Of a stretch of DNA of 64,000 bases, positions 9,124-18,595 are shown in pieces. The notes under the pieces are model-generated. The model searched no databases and was not told where the DNA came from. It saw only the letters and a list, made by a program, of their open reading frames with translations. The translations under genes were made by a program, and so were the position numbers. The DNA is from an uncultured Flavobacteriales bacterium (GTDB lineage Bacteria > Bacteroidota > Bacteroidia > Flavobacteriales_G > Salibacteraceae). How positions within the stretch are numbered: the first letter of the stretch is position 1; every line of letters begins with the position of its first letter. The DNA is taken from the NCBI GenBank assembly GCA_938091155.1, contig CALKOP010000062.1:1295-65294 (forward strand), given 5' to 3'.

Positions 9124-10549
9124 TTCTTGGTGCGTTTATTTGATAAACAATTGCGGTGTTTAATTGATCTACTTTTTCTGAATAAAAATTATCGTTGATC
9201 CATTCATGATACTCATGATTGGCCGTTAAAACTCTGTCTCCAGCTTTAATACTCTTGTCGTTTATTTTAATAGTCTGTCCCTGTGCTGCCAACTTGTGTT
9301 TGTAAAACAGCAAAGCAGCCTCAAAACCATTGTCTAATACTGTTAAACCATCTACATCACGATGAGACTTACTGGCAGCGAATAGGTATCGCGTGCTGTT
9401 ATCGTCATGATCTCCTGCGGGTTCCATATAATTAGATTGAGATTTAATGAACATCATGTAACATGGAATACTGAAAATGAGGGTTAGCAATACGGTTGTG
9501 TTTTTCAAACTCAGCTGTTTGAAAATGGAGTAACCCATGAACCCAATAGTCAATGCGAATAACGGATGAAGTGGATTGACATAATGCTCGTACTTAGTAT
9601 TGGCGATGTTGATTAACACGAAATAGGATAATGCAATAACCCCAATAAGTCGTGCTTCTTGACTCAACTTGTCTTTGGAAACAAAGACATAATACAAACT
9701 AGCCAATGCTGGTGCTGTCCAAATTAAAAATCGTGGTGTGGTGAAAAGCTTGATGTAATAATGAGCCGATTGGTAGTAGCCCAGTTCATTACTAAACCGG
9801 CCTACATGCCGTTCCATAATAAAGTCTATAAAACCAGGAAACGCCCATTCTCGGTAGGCGATGTAGGCTAAGGGTAAACCCAAGGCAATGGTAATCGCTG
9901 CATAAAAACATGGCAACTTGAAAACCAATTTGATTCGATCTCGTTCATATATGAGCATATAAATCACAAAACCAGGGATGAACATGAACCCCGCGATGGA
10001 CTTTACCAAGAAGCCAAGCGCGATCATTAAACCTAACAGAATCAAAGATTTGTTTGTGTTGAATTTGACAAAACGAGAAAAGGCAACTACTTGTAGCAAC
10101 ATTACCATAGCTAACATGGCGTCAGCCTCCATTCCTCTGCCCGTGTGAAAGTGTATAAACGCTGATGATGTCAATAACACAAGCGATGAAATCCATGCCG
10201 CCAAATCTCCAAATCTTGAACGTGCATAGTGAAATACAACCAATACTGAAACTGCCGCAGCAATTGCACTTGGAAGCCGCAACGCAAGTTCATTGATACC
10301 AAGAAGTTGTATAAATAGAATTTGAAATAAGTATTGGATTGGAGGTTTTGTCCCTCCGTTTATAGGCTCTCCATTATAATATGGCAAGAACCATGAATCA
10401 TTCAAGAACATTTCAGTTGCATGCACAGCGAAATAGCTTTCGTCCCAAAGCAATACATGGAAGGAGTCTAACTTCAAAAAAATGAAAAAATAGATGGGCG
10501 CAATAAGCAGCAACCAGCTCCATTTTGGATATTTCAATAATGTTTCCAC
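9116..10549 (-). CDS. ArnT/PMT-like GT-C fold membrane glycosyltransferase (GT39/GT83-type), paralog B
   Basis: 477 aa and polytopic. First-loop acidic motif LWDESYFAVHATEM, plus GTKPPIQY, RLPSAIAAA and RGMEAD. GTG start at 10549. The stop overlaps the sufC ATG by 8 nt (ATGAGTGA). Confidence 0.75.
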   Translation of the reverse strand: METLLKYPKWSWLLLIAPIYFFIFLKLDSFHVLLWDESYFAVHATEMFLNDSWFLPYYNGEPINGGTKPPIQYLFQILFIQLLGINELALRLPSAIAAAVSVLVVFHYARSRFGDLAAWISSLVLLTSSAFIHFHTGRGMEADAMLAMVMLLQVVAFSRFVKFNTNKSLILLGLMIALGFLVKSIAGFMFIPGFVIYMLIYERDRIKLVFKLPCFYAAITIALGLPLAYIAYREWAFPGFIDFIMERHVGRFSNELGYYQSAHYYIKLFTTPRFLIWTAPALASLYYVFVSKDKLSQEARLIGVIALSYFVLINIANTKYEHYVNPLHPLFALTIGFMGYSIFKQLSLKNTTVLLTLIFSIPCYMMFIKSQSNYMEPAGDHDDNSTRYLFAASKSHRDVDGLTVLDNGFEAALLFYKHKLAAQGQTIKINDKSIKAGDRVLTANHEYHEWINDNFYSEKVDQLNTAIVYQINAPRNE

Positions 10550-10552
10550 CCG

Positions 10553-12034
10553 TTATTTCATCAAGTGTTGAAATTTCTGGTCTTGGGATACGGGATTTTC
10601 AGACAGCACTTTTAGCAAATAAGCGGCTCCGTTTTGGTCAAGTGTATCCAGGGCATAATTCTGATCCAATTCTTTCAAAAGCTTATGGTTTCTGACCAAA
10701 ACGAGATCATCCTTTACAACTGACGAATTTGTTTGCAAATGCAAATACTGGTCAGCGGCTTCATACTTGTATTTGTAGAATAATAATGCCCCGCTAAAGT
10801 GCGTATGAAGCACCTTTAAACCATCCAATTCTTTACCATTATAATACGCATCGTATAGATAATCTTCTTGTGATTCGGTGATCATCGAATAACCATCAAT
10901 CTTGTTGTTTTGAGATTTGTGATACATGGCAATGCTTGGATACCAGAAAAGGATAGCCAAAAAAATGATGGCGAATTTTCGATCAAACTTTTTGAATATG
11001 TAAGCCATGCAAGCCGCGGCACTTATAGCAAGAAAAGGATAGACGGGCATAGCATACCACTGCAATTTAGATCTTGCTATACTAATCGTAAATAGAAAAA
11101 TGACCGTGATAATGGCTGAAAATTTGAAGAGGGATTCTCCCTCAATATTCAATACGAAGGGTAGAATTATTCCCGCAACTCCAAAAGCAATCCAGTAGCC
11201 AAAGAATTTGTTGACAAACAGATCATAGTAAAAACCAAAAGATTGGTCATGGCCGACATCTGCCACCGCTCTACCAGCCTGCATGTCCATTACAAAATCG
11301 GTGTAGCCAGGCTGAAGGCTTTCTCTAAGAAACATGTATCCAGCAGATAAACCAAAGGCTAAAACGATGCCTCCATAAGTGAATGGAGATTTAAAAATAG
11401 AAGTAATAGAGTCTTTTTTGATGTAAAAAAGAGCCGTCAGCAGAGCTGGAAGCAACAAGAACCCTGCAACACCTTTCACCCAAAAAGATACCCCAACTAA
11501 TAGACCAGCAACCGCAAGATTCCTGAAGTCATGAGTCTTAATATAGCTCCAAATAAAAACGGCCTGGGCGAATAAGGTAAGCGTCAACAATGAATCAGCC
11601 TCCATGCCTCTTGCTGCATGAAAATTCACAAATCCGTTTGTTGTAAGAAGAACCATGGATGAGATCCAAGCTCCAAGTAGGCCAACATTGGTTTTCATAA
11701 AGTGAAACACCCAAATTACGGTAGCTGCAGCGGCCACTGCGCTTGGCAAACGCAATGACATTTCGCTATATCCAAAGACCGATATTGAAATCATTTGTAA
11801 CCAAGATTGCAGGGGTGGTTTTGTGCCGTGGATTACTGGTTGACCATCAAAATACGGTACCAACAATGAACCTTGCTCCAGCATTTCGTAGGCATGTACC
11901 GCAAACCAACTTTCATCCCATAATCGCACATGGAAATTGCCAATCTTTAGGAAGATGAAGAGATAAATTGGCACTAAAAGCAGCAACCAACTCCATTTCA
12001 GATATTTCGATAAGGTATTCACCAATTTAGCCAA
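10553..12034 (-). CDS. ArnT/PMT-like GT-C fold membrane glycosyltransferase (GT39/GT83-type), paralog A
   Basis: 493 aa and collinear with paralog B ([56 protein letters not shown]). There is no ATG near the 5' end. The TTG at 12034 overlaps the sufB stop by 8 nt. Alternative starts are TTG 12025 and GTG 12022. Confidence 0.72.
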   Translation of the reverse strand: MAKLVNTLSKYLKWSWLLLLVPIYLFIFLKIGNFHVRLWDESWFAVHAYEMLEQGSLLVPYFDGQPVIHGTKPPLQSWLQMISISVFGYSEMSLRLPSAVAAAATVIWVFHFMKTNVGLLGAWISSMVLLTTNGFVNFHAARGMEADSLLTLTLFAQAVFIWSYIKTHDFRNLAVAGLLVGVSFWVKGVAGFLLLPALLTALFYIKKDSITSIFKSPFTYGGIVLAFGLSAGYMFLRESLQPGYTDFVMDMQAGRAVADVGHDQSFGFYYDLFVNKFFGYWIAFGVAGIILPFVLNIEGESLFKFSAIITVIFLFTISIARSKLQWYAMPVYPFLAISAAACMAYIFKKFDRKFAIIFLAILFWYPSIAMYHKSQNNKIDGYSMITESQEDYLYDAYYNGKELDGLKVLHTHFSGALLFYKYKYEAADQYLHLQTNSSVVKDDLVLVRNHKLLKELDQNYALDTLDQNGAAYLLKVLSENPVSQDQKFQHLMK

Positions 12035-13475
12035 CTGATCCTTCTAGGGATATACTCAACAATTTTTGCGCTTCAATGGCGAACTCCATTGGCAACTTGT
12101 TTAGCACTTCTTTGGCGTATCCATTTACGATGAGGCTAACTGCCTTCTCTTCATCAATACCACGCTGTAAACAGTAGAAAATCTGGTCTTCACCAATTTT
12201 TGAAGTGGTTGCTTCGTGTTCTACTTTGGCAGAGCTATTTTGGGTTTCGATATATGGGAAGGTATGCGCGCCACATTCGCTCCCCAAGAGCAGCGAGTCA
12301 CATTGACTAAAGTTTCTTGAGTTGTGTGCATTTGGTAAAATCTTGACCAAACCGCGATAACTATTGTTGCTTTTGCCTGCAGATATGCCTTTAGAAATGA
12401 TAGTGCTTTTGGTGTTTTTACCAATGTGTAACATTTTTGTTCCCGTATCGGCTTGCTGGTAGTTGTTAGTGACAGCCACAGAATAAAATTCTCCAATGGA
12501 ATTGTCGCCTTTCAGAATACAACTTGGGTATTTCCAAGTAATGGCAGACCCAGTTTCAACCTGTGTCCAACTAATCTTTGAATTGATGCCTTCACACAAA
12601 CCGCGCTTCGTCACGAAATTGTAAATCCCTCCCTTGCCTTCTTCGTTTCCCGGATACCAGTTTTGTACAGTGCTGTACTTAATTTCAGCGTCATCCATGG
12701 CAATGAGTTCAACCACGGCAGCGTGCAGTTGGTTTTCATCACGCATAGGTGCCGTGCATCCTTCCAAATAACTAACATAGCTCCCGCTATCAGCTACAAC
12801 TAACGTTCTTTCGAATTGTCCTGTTTGCGCATCATTGATCCGGAAATAGGTACTCAGCTCCATTGGGCAACGGACACCTTTTGGAATATAGCAGAACGAA
12901 CCATCGGTGAAAACTGCCGCATTTAGTGCAGCGTAGAAATTATCGTTGGTTGGCACGATGCTTCCCATATATTTCTTGATCAACTCTGGGTGATTTTGCA
13001 CAGCCTCTGAAAAAGAACAAAATATGACCCCCAGTTCACCTAGTTTTTCTTTAAAACTCGTTTCAACGCTTACGCTGTCCACTACAACATCAACAGCTAC
13101 ACCAGTAAGTCTTTTTTGCTCTTCGGTACTAATTCCCAACTTCTCATACATGGACTTTAACTCAGGATCGAGTTCATCCAAACTATTCAATTTCTTTTTG
13201 GTCTTCGGTGCCGAGTAGTAGTGTAAGTTTTGAAAATCAATCTTCGGATAGTGAATGTGCGCCCATTCAGGCTCCTTCATATCCAGCCAGACTTTAAGCG
13301 CATCTAGGCGATAATCCAACATCCATTGTGGTTCGTTCTTCTTAGCCGAAATAAGTCGAATAATGTCTTCGTTCAATCCCTTTGGGGCCTTGTCAGACTC
13401 AAAGTTTGACACGAAGCCAAATTCGTATTTCTTGTTCTTTAATTCTTCGGCTAATTCTATTTCTGTATACGCCAT
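12027..13475 (-). CDS. sufB: Fe-S cluster assembly scaffold protein SufB
   Basis: 482 aa. Typical SufB strings [30 protein letters not shown] and [21 protein letters not shown]. Confidence 0.95.
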   Translation of the reverse strand: MAYTEIELAEELKNKKYEFGFVSNFESDKAPKGLNEDIIRLISAKKNEPQWMLDYRLDALKVWLDMKEPEWAHIHYPKIDFQNLHYYSAPKTKKKLNSLDELDPELKSMYEKLGISTEEQKRLTGVAVDVVVDSVSVETSFKEKLGELGVIFCSFSEAVQNHPELIKKYMGSIVPTNDNFYAALNAAVFTDGSFCYIPKGVRCPMELSTYFRINDAQTGQFERTLVVADSGSYVSYLEGCTAPMRDENQLHAAVVELIAMDDAEIKYSTVQNWYPGNEEGKGGIYNFVTKRGLCEGINSKISWTQVETGSAITWKYPSCILKGDNSIGEFYSVAVTNNYQQADTGTKMLHIGKNTKSTIISKGISAGKSNNSYRGLVKILPNAHNSRNFSQCDSLLLGSECGAHTFPYIETQNSSAKVEHEATTSKIGEDQIFYCLQRGIDEEKAVSLIVNGYAKEVLNKLPMEFAIEAQKLLSISLEGSVG

Positions 13476-13528
13476 CTTGATAGCTTTTGGCTAATAGCCT
13501 TCACCATTAGCAATTCTTTAAAGTTTAT

Positions 13529-13855
13529 TTAAATGGAAAAGCTTTCCCCGCAACCACATGTGCGGCTTGCATTTGGGTTCACAAATTCAAATCCCTTTCC
13601 ATTGAGGCCACCTGAGTAGTTCAACTCGGTTCCAATCAAATACAAGAAACTCTTTTTGTCTACCACCACTTTGATGCCCTTGTCTTCAAAGACTTTGTCA
13701 TCATCTTTAAGTGTAGAATCAAAATCCATTACATATGTCAATCCTGAACATCCTCCACCTTTCACTCCTACACGGATAAAAGAATCACCTTGTATTTTTT
13801 CCTCGCCAAGTAGCTTGTGAACTTGCTCCTTAGCACTATCGCTAACTTTAATCAT
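13529..13855 (-). CDS. A-type Fe-S cluster carrier (IscA/SufA/HesB family)
   Basis: The internal ATG at 13855 gives MIKVSDSAKEQV.... GGCSG block and C-terminal CGCGESF cysteine motif. First gene of the suf cluster. Confidence 0.88.
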   Translation of the reverse strand: MIKVSDSAKEQVHKLLGEEKIQGDSFIRVGVKGGGCSGLTYVMDFDSTLKDDDKVFEDKGIKVVVDKKSFLYLIGTELNYSGGLNGKGFEFVNPNASRTCGCGESFSI

Positions 13856-13891
13856 GATGCTCAAACGTTTTGTTAAACAAATGGTTCGCAA

Positions 13892-13914
13892 CTATTTAGA
13901 CTGCTTCTAAATAG
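13892..13914. promoter_or_regulatory. perfect 9-bp inverted repeat upstream of the suf operon (candidate operator or weak terminator)
   Basis: ctatttaga-ctgct-tctaaatag, 37-59 nt upstream of the A-type carrier start and 57 nt downstream of the yhhQ-like stop. No U-tract follows it on the minus strand. Confidence 0.35.
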
Positions 13915-13970
13915 AGTCAAACTTACCGCGAAAATACTGGATATGTAGCGATTATGCAACCGACTTGTAA

Positions 13971-14648
13971 TCACGAAATTTCTTGCCCAAACTTTAGCTT
14001 GAATTGCTTTCGAATAATCCATGCCAATAGGTAGATAACGGGCGTGTCAATTAGCGCTACCAAGGCTTTGAAAAACCAGCCATCTTGAATATAGCTCCCC
14101 ATTGTTTCCCAACTTTCCTTGCCATAAAAAAGTACCACCACAACGAGTGTGGTGTCTACTAATTGAGAAAGAATAGTCGATGCATTATTTCTTAGCCAAA
14201 GCATTCTTCCATTAGTCAGTCTTTTCCAAAAGTGGAAAAGACGTACATCCACGAGTTGGGCAACCAGATAAGCCGCCATAGAGGCAAAAATTACTCGTGT
14301 TGAGTTACCGAATGCACTTTTATATACTCCATCAGAAACGGGTGAGGTGTCTATTGCGTTAAACTGTCCCCCGACCCAGAGAATAAACATTGTGAAGAGA
14401 AGTGCAGCAAAGCCACTAATCACAACCTGATTGGTCTTTTTTTGACCATATATCTCACTTAGAATATCAGTAATCAAAAAAGTAATTGGGTATGGCAAAA
14501 CTCCCGCAGAAATGGTGAAAATGTAAAACCCTAGATCCACCGAAACGAATTTATTTGCAATGAGGTTGCATACAACGAGCGCTGTGATAAAAAGAGCTCC
14601 TAACAAAAGATAAAGCTTATCCGCTTTTAATCTGGTCTTTCTATTCAT
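13971..14648 (-). CDS. yhhQ: queuosine-precursor transporter, YhhQ/DUF165 (VUT) family
   Basis: 225 aa and polytopic. YPITFLITDILSEIYG, ASMAAYLVAQLVDV and SQLVDTTLVV are typical of DUF165. Confidence 0.8.
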   Translation of the reverse strand: MNRKTRLKADKLYLLLGALFITALVVCNLIANKFVSVDLGFYIFTISAGVLPYPITFLITDILSEIYGQKKTNQVVISGFAALLFTMFILWVGGQFNAIDTSPVSDGVYKSAFGNSTRVIFASMAAYLVAQLVDVRLFHFWKRLTNGRMLWLRNNASTILSQLVDTTLVVVVLFYGKESWETMGSYIQDGWFFKALVALIDTPVIYLLAWIIRKQFKLKFGQEIS

Positions 14649-14688
14649 GGCAGAAAGGTATGAGAATCATTTTTGCTAGTTTTCAAAA

Positions 14689-15246
14689 TCACAAACTTCC
14701 CGTCAATTTAAAATAGTCCTTGAGAATCATTCTAACAACTCCTCGTTCGGCCTCATTGTCCCAAATTGGATACCATTCGTTTTTGCTTAAAACCGAGCAT
14801 CGAAGATCTTTGGACTTTAGCACATCGTATAAATTAACCGCGATTTGTTGTTGCTCAGCGGCATTTAAACCAGACAAATCATACTCAAATGAATCCTTGT
14901 TGCTGTCAAAGCGAATTACCTGCTCAAAAGGGGTTCCAGCTTTAGTCTCAAATAACAGGTAAGCCTCATCATGCTTCCAGTTGTTAACGATGATCAACCT
15001 TGGCGCATTTGGCTCAAATTGAATCTGATCAGGATGTCTGAATAGTTCAAAATCAGCATCCTTTCGAACCTCTCGTTCGTAATAAAACTGCCTTAGATTT
15101 TTAAAGAATAATGCATCTGATTCCAAGACTTTAAACCCTAATTTGGCTTTTGATATTGGTCGCTGATTGGGTTGAGTAACTAATACGAGAACTATCAGAG
15201 CAATCAAGGGAAGTCCAAAAAACCATTTCAATCGATTTGCTTTCAT
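14689..15246 (-). CDS. hypothetical membrane-anchored protein
   Basis: The internal ATG at 15246 gives MKANRLKWFFGLPLIALIVLVLV (N-terminal anchor). I recognise no domain. Confidence 0.5.
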   Translation of the reverse strand: MKANRLKWFFGLPLIALIVLVLVTQPNQRPISKAKLGFKVLESDALFFKNLRQFYYEREVRKDADFELFRHPDQIQFEPNAPRLIIVNNWKHDEAYLLFETKAGTPFEQVIRFDSNKDSFEYDLSGLNAAEQQQIAVNLYDVLKSKDLRCSVLSKNEWYPIWDNEAERGVVRMILKDYFKLTGSL

Positions 15247-15303
15247 AGAACTTAAACATTTAAACCAGCCTCTATGTTGAACTCCATCTTTTCTTTGCAA
15301 AAA

Positions 15304-16767
15304 ATGAAAGCAATCATCATAGGGGCAGGAATAGGATCCATTGGGTTAAGCATTAGGCTAGCCAACTCTGGGTTCGATGTCCATGTTTATGAAGCGAATG
15401 ACTATGCAGGAGGTAAGCTTCATAGCTTTGAATTAGGTGATTATCGCTTTGATGGCGGTCCTTCTTTGTTAACTATGCCGCATTATGTAACAGAGCTTTT
15501 TCAACTAGTTGGCAAGAATTCTGAAGACTATTTTCAATATGATAAAGAAGATGAATCTTGCAGGTATTTCTGGGAAGATAACACGCGACTTACAGGATAT
15601 TCTGACCCCTATGCCTTTGCTCAAGAGGTTCAAGACAAGCTTGGTGTTTCCTCCAAGGTGCTAACTGATTACTTCAACTATTCGAAGAATATATACGACC
15701 ATAGCGGCAAAATATTTTTAGAAAAATCATTGCACAAGGCTGCAACTTGGTTGAGTAAGGACACATTAAACTCATTGGTAAGAATGGGGCAATTCGATTT
15801 ATTCAAATCCATGAATCAAGCGAATGAAGATCGCATTCAAGAACCCCATTTGGTTCAACTCTTCAATCGATTTGCGACATATAACGGCTCCAATCCCTAC
15901 AAAGCTCCTGGCATTTTAAACGTGATTCCTTGGTTCGAGCACGGATTCGGAACATTCGCACCAAAAGGTGGTATGCAAGAAATCCCCAAATCCCTTCAAA
16001 AGCTAGCGGAAAATCTTGGGGTTTCCTTCCATTTTAATTCGCCTGTTCAGGAAATTAAGGTTGAAAATGGCAAGGCAATCGGAGTACGAGTGAATGACAA
16101 GATGGTAAGGTCCGATATTTTGGCAAGTAATGCTGATGTTTATTTCACTTATAAAAGATTAATGAAAGGCCAGCCAGCTCCAGAAAAAACTTTGAAACAA
16201 GAGAGATCGAGCTCGGCAGTTGTTTTCTATTGGGGAATTCAACATTCATTTGACGAACTTTCATTGCATAACATTCTATTTTCGAAGGACTACAAACAAG
16301 AATTCAGAGAAATTTTCGAAGAAAAAAGATTACCCACGGACCCTACTACTTACATAAATATATCAAGCAAGTCAAATCCAGAAGATGCCCCAAAAGGTTC
16401 AGAAAACTGGTTCGTAATGGTAAACGCACCTGCACATAGAGGACAAGACTGGAAGAGAGATGTTGACGCTTTGAAGGAACGGGTCATTCAGAAAATTAAT
16501 GGTCAATTGAAAGTAGATATCAAGGACCTTATTCAAGAAGAGAAAATTTGGACTCCTAAAGGAATCGAATCAGATACGAGAAGTTACCAAGGCGCGCTTT
16601 ACGGCACAAGCTCCAATGATCAAATGGCCGCATTTCTGAGACATCCGAACTTTTCATCTAAGATTAAAAACCTCTACTTCTGCGGTGGAAGTGTGCACCC
16701 AGGTGGCGGTATACCTTTAGCATTGCTGAGCGCAAAAATCACTTCGGAAATGATCATTAATGATTAA
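15304..16767 (+). CDS. phytoene desaturase family oxidoreductase (CrtI/CrtD-like carotenoid desaturase)
   Basis: The ATG at 15304 gives MKAIIIGAGIGSIGLSIRLA (FAD dinucleotide fold), with C-terminal CGGSVHPGGGIPLAL. It overlaps the next carotenoid gene by 8 nt. Confidence 0.85.
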   Translation: MKAIIIGAGIGSIGLSIRLANSGFDVHVYEANDYAGGKLHSFELGDYRFDGGPSLLTMPHYVTELFQLVGKNSEDYFQYDKEDESCRYFWEDNTRLTGYSDPYAFAQEVQDKLGVSSKVLTDYFNYSKNIYDHSGKIFLEKSLHKAATWLSKDTLNSLVRMGQFDLFKSMNQANEDRIQEPHLVQLFNRFATYNGSNPYKAPGILNVIPWFEHGFGTFAPKGGMQEIPKSLQKLAENLGVSFHFNSPVQEIKVENGKAIGVRVNDKMVRSDILASNADVYFTYKRLMKGQPAPEKTLKQERSSSAVVFYWGIQHSFDELSLHNILFSKDYKQEFREIFEEKRLPTDPTTYINISSKSNPEDAPKGSENWFVMVNAPAHRGQDWKRDVDALKERVIQKINGQLKVDIKDLIQEEKIWTPKGIESDTRSYQGALYGTSSNDQMAAFLRHPNFSSKIKNLYFCGGSVHPGGGIPLALLSAKITSEMIIND

Positions 16768-17380
16768 GGACAAGCAGCATATCTCAATCGGAATTTTAGT
16801 GCTTTTCCACTTAATTGGCATCGGAGGAGTTATGCTGGGAGATTCGCAGGAGTTTTTGAGCTTAACTCCGCTCAACCTTTTACTCACACTCTTAATTATT
16901 TTAATCAATCATAATGATTGGAAAAACTGGTGGATATTTCTGTTGAGCTATGTGGCCGGACTAGGAATTGAAATTATCGGTGTTAATACAGGTTGGCCTT
17001 TCGGTGAATATGTTTATGGACCTGTTTTGGGTTCTAAGATTTTTTCAACACCTTTAATGATTGGAGTGAACTGGCTTATGCTATTATATGCAACCAATGC
17101 AATCGCAAAGCCATTATCAAGAGATTGGATATTAAGAGCTGCTATTGCTGGAGCGATGATGACATTTTTAGACCTATTGATTGAGCCCGTAGCAATCAAA
17201 TTGAATTTCTGGACATGGAGTGCGGACAGTGTTCCTTTGGCGAACTATTTTTCTTGGTTTATAATCGCTACACTTTTATCTGTGGTTTGGCAGAGCTTGC
17301 AAATTGATATGACCCGAAAAATTGCGCTAGCTGTTTTTGGAGTTCAAATTGGCTTCTTCCTCGTACTGAATTTTGCATAA
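16760..17380 (+). CDS. carotenoid biosynthesis membrane protein, DUF422 / CruF-like (carotenoid 1,2-hydratase family)
   Basis: 206 aa and polytopic. GWPFGEYVYG and PLMIGVNW are typical of DUF422. It is coupled to the desaturase gene. Confidence 0.7.
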   Translation: MIKDKQHISIGILVLFHLIGIGGVMLGDSQEFLSLTPLNLLLTLLIILINHNDWKNWWIFLLSYVAGLGIEIIGVNTGWPFGEYVYGPVLGSKIFSTPLMIGVNWLMLLYATNAIAKPLSRDWILRAAIAGAMMTFLDLLIEPVAIKLNFWTWSADSVPLANYFSWFIIATLLSVVWQSLQIDMTRKIALAVFGVQIGFFLVLNFA

Positions 17381-17562
17381 AAAAAAAGCGTGCTGCTCTC
17401 GCAAGACGCCAATTAGGGTTATTACTAAACTATATGCACTATTAACTTCTAAACCAAATCACACTGCAATGACAGTCCAAGTTTATGAAAGTGAATTCTG
17501 TTATTCAACAATATGGGATGAAGTGCAGGGCCTAGGGCCTTTACTTTTCGCGCAGCGGACTC

Positions 17563-18045
17563 GTTAAAGTTTACAATAAATCTAGTACCGCTATCATTTT
17601 CCCAGTGAGCCTTGCCTTTTAGCTAGCGCGCGAGAATATTAACCAGCTTCATTCCAAGTGATTTGGCCTTTGAGATATCAAAATTCGTGGGCATTCCGCA
17701 ACCATTGTCGCTTATGCATAATTGCAACCCTTCATTTTGCTTTTTTAATTCAATCCGAATGAGGCCTAAATCTTGTTTTTGAAAGGCATACTTATATGCA
17801 TTGGTTACCAACTCGTTGATTATCAATCCAAGTGGAACAGACGTGTCTATATCTAATTGTATTTCGTTTGCTTCTATCTCGGCTACAATGGCCTTGCTTG
17901 ACTGCCCAAAAGCTGATTGGAGAAAAGAAACAAGTTACTCGCAATATTCTTGAAAATCGACCTGAGATAAATCTTCTATCTATTATAATTGCTGATGAAT
18001 TAGAGCTATGGATTTAACTCTGTTTTAACATTCTTTAATCGCTTC
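17563..18045 (-). pseudogene. 5'-truncated sensor histidine kinase remnant (HisKA_2 tail + HATPase_c) with five in-frame stop codons
   Basis: One continuous minus-strand frame reads EAIKEC*NRVKSIALIHQQL**IEDLSQVDFQEYCE*LVSFLQ...VPLGLIINELVTNAYKYAF...ISDNGCGMP...LGMKLVNILAR*LKGKAHWENDSGTRFIVNF. The stops lie at 18025-27, 17983-85, 17980-82, 17935-37 and 17623-25. The H-box and sensor part are absent. Confidence 0.8.
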
Positions 18046-18050
18046 CAACC

Positions 18051-18595
18051 ATGAAATTGTATACAAGAATAGTGCTATTAATATCAGCAGTGATGGTTTT
18101 TATAGAATCAAAGGGGATGGGCTAAATTATTTTCGAGTAAAGGATTATTTATCCAGTTTAGACCCTGAATACGTCATAAATGGAGTCCCGTTGATAAAAA
18201 CTAGATATGACAGCGATGATTGGATTTTAATAGATACCATTAGCTTTACTACACCCCAATATTCTTATTTAGGGTGGGTCAATGACAATAACTTTAATAA
18301 TCCCATACCAATTGGAAATTATAGTTACAGTATGGTTGATTTGGTTGAAAATCACGAACCACTTAACATAGCGGGTTATCAGTTAACCAAGAATTTTTGT
18401 TTTGTTTGTCCATATGCTCAAACTTTAATTGGAAGCTAGTCAAAGTATACTTACAAGCCTTCTCAAAATATTTTTTTGGATAATGAAATGATTGGCGATA
18501 CGGTTAACTTATTTGTTGAGACTGTTTTTAAGACGGAAACTTACAGTGGGGAGCAAGTGATTATAAATGATAATTTCAAAATAATCATAGAATAA
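18051..18595 (+). pseudogene. decayed small secreted protein gene (one frameshift, one in-frame TAG)
   Basis: The ATG at 18051 encodes a signal-like MKLYTRIVLLISAVMVF and then stops at 18123. The -1 frame is open from 18029 to 18595 (188 codons) apart from a TAG at 18437-39. T5 (18097-101) and G4 (18113-16) runs lie at the likely slip site. Confidence 0.55.

Noticed and set aside
14649-14688. preQ1 riboswitch upstream of the yhhQ-like queuosine-precursor transporter.
   Set aside because: Only 40 nt separate it from the upstream same-strand gene. I could not find the P1 stem plus A-rich tail/pseudoknot pattern of preQ1-I/II in that stretch.
17373-17567. 64-aa plus-strand ORF after the CruF-like gene.
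   Set aside because: It overlaps the stop of the preceding gene and lies antisense to the read-on tail of the kinase remnant. It has no recognisable features and is probably spurious.
17623-18027. Possible stop-codon reassignment or readthrough (TAA/TAG read as sense) to explain the five in-frame stops in the kinase remnant.
   Set aside because: Every confidently identified gene in the window ends at an ordinary TAA, TAG or TGA where homologs end. None has internal stops. The kinase also lacks its entire N-terminal half, so pseudogenisation is the simpler reading.
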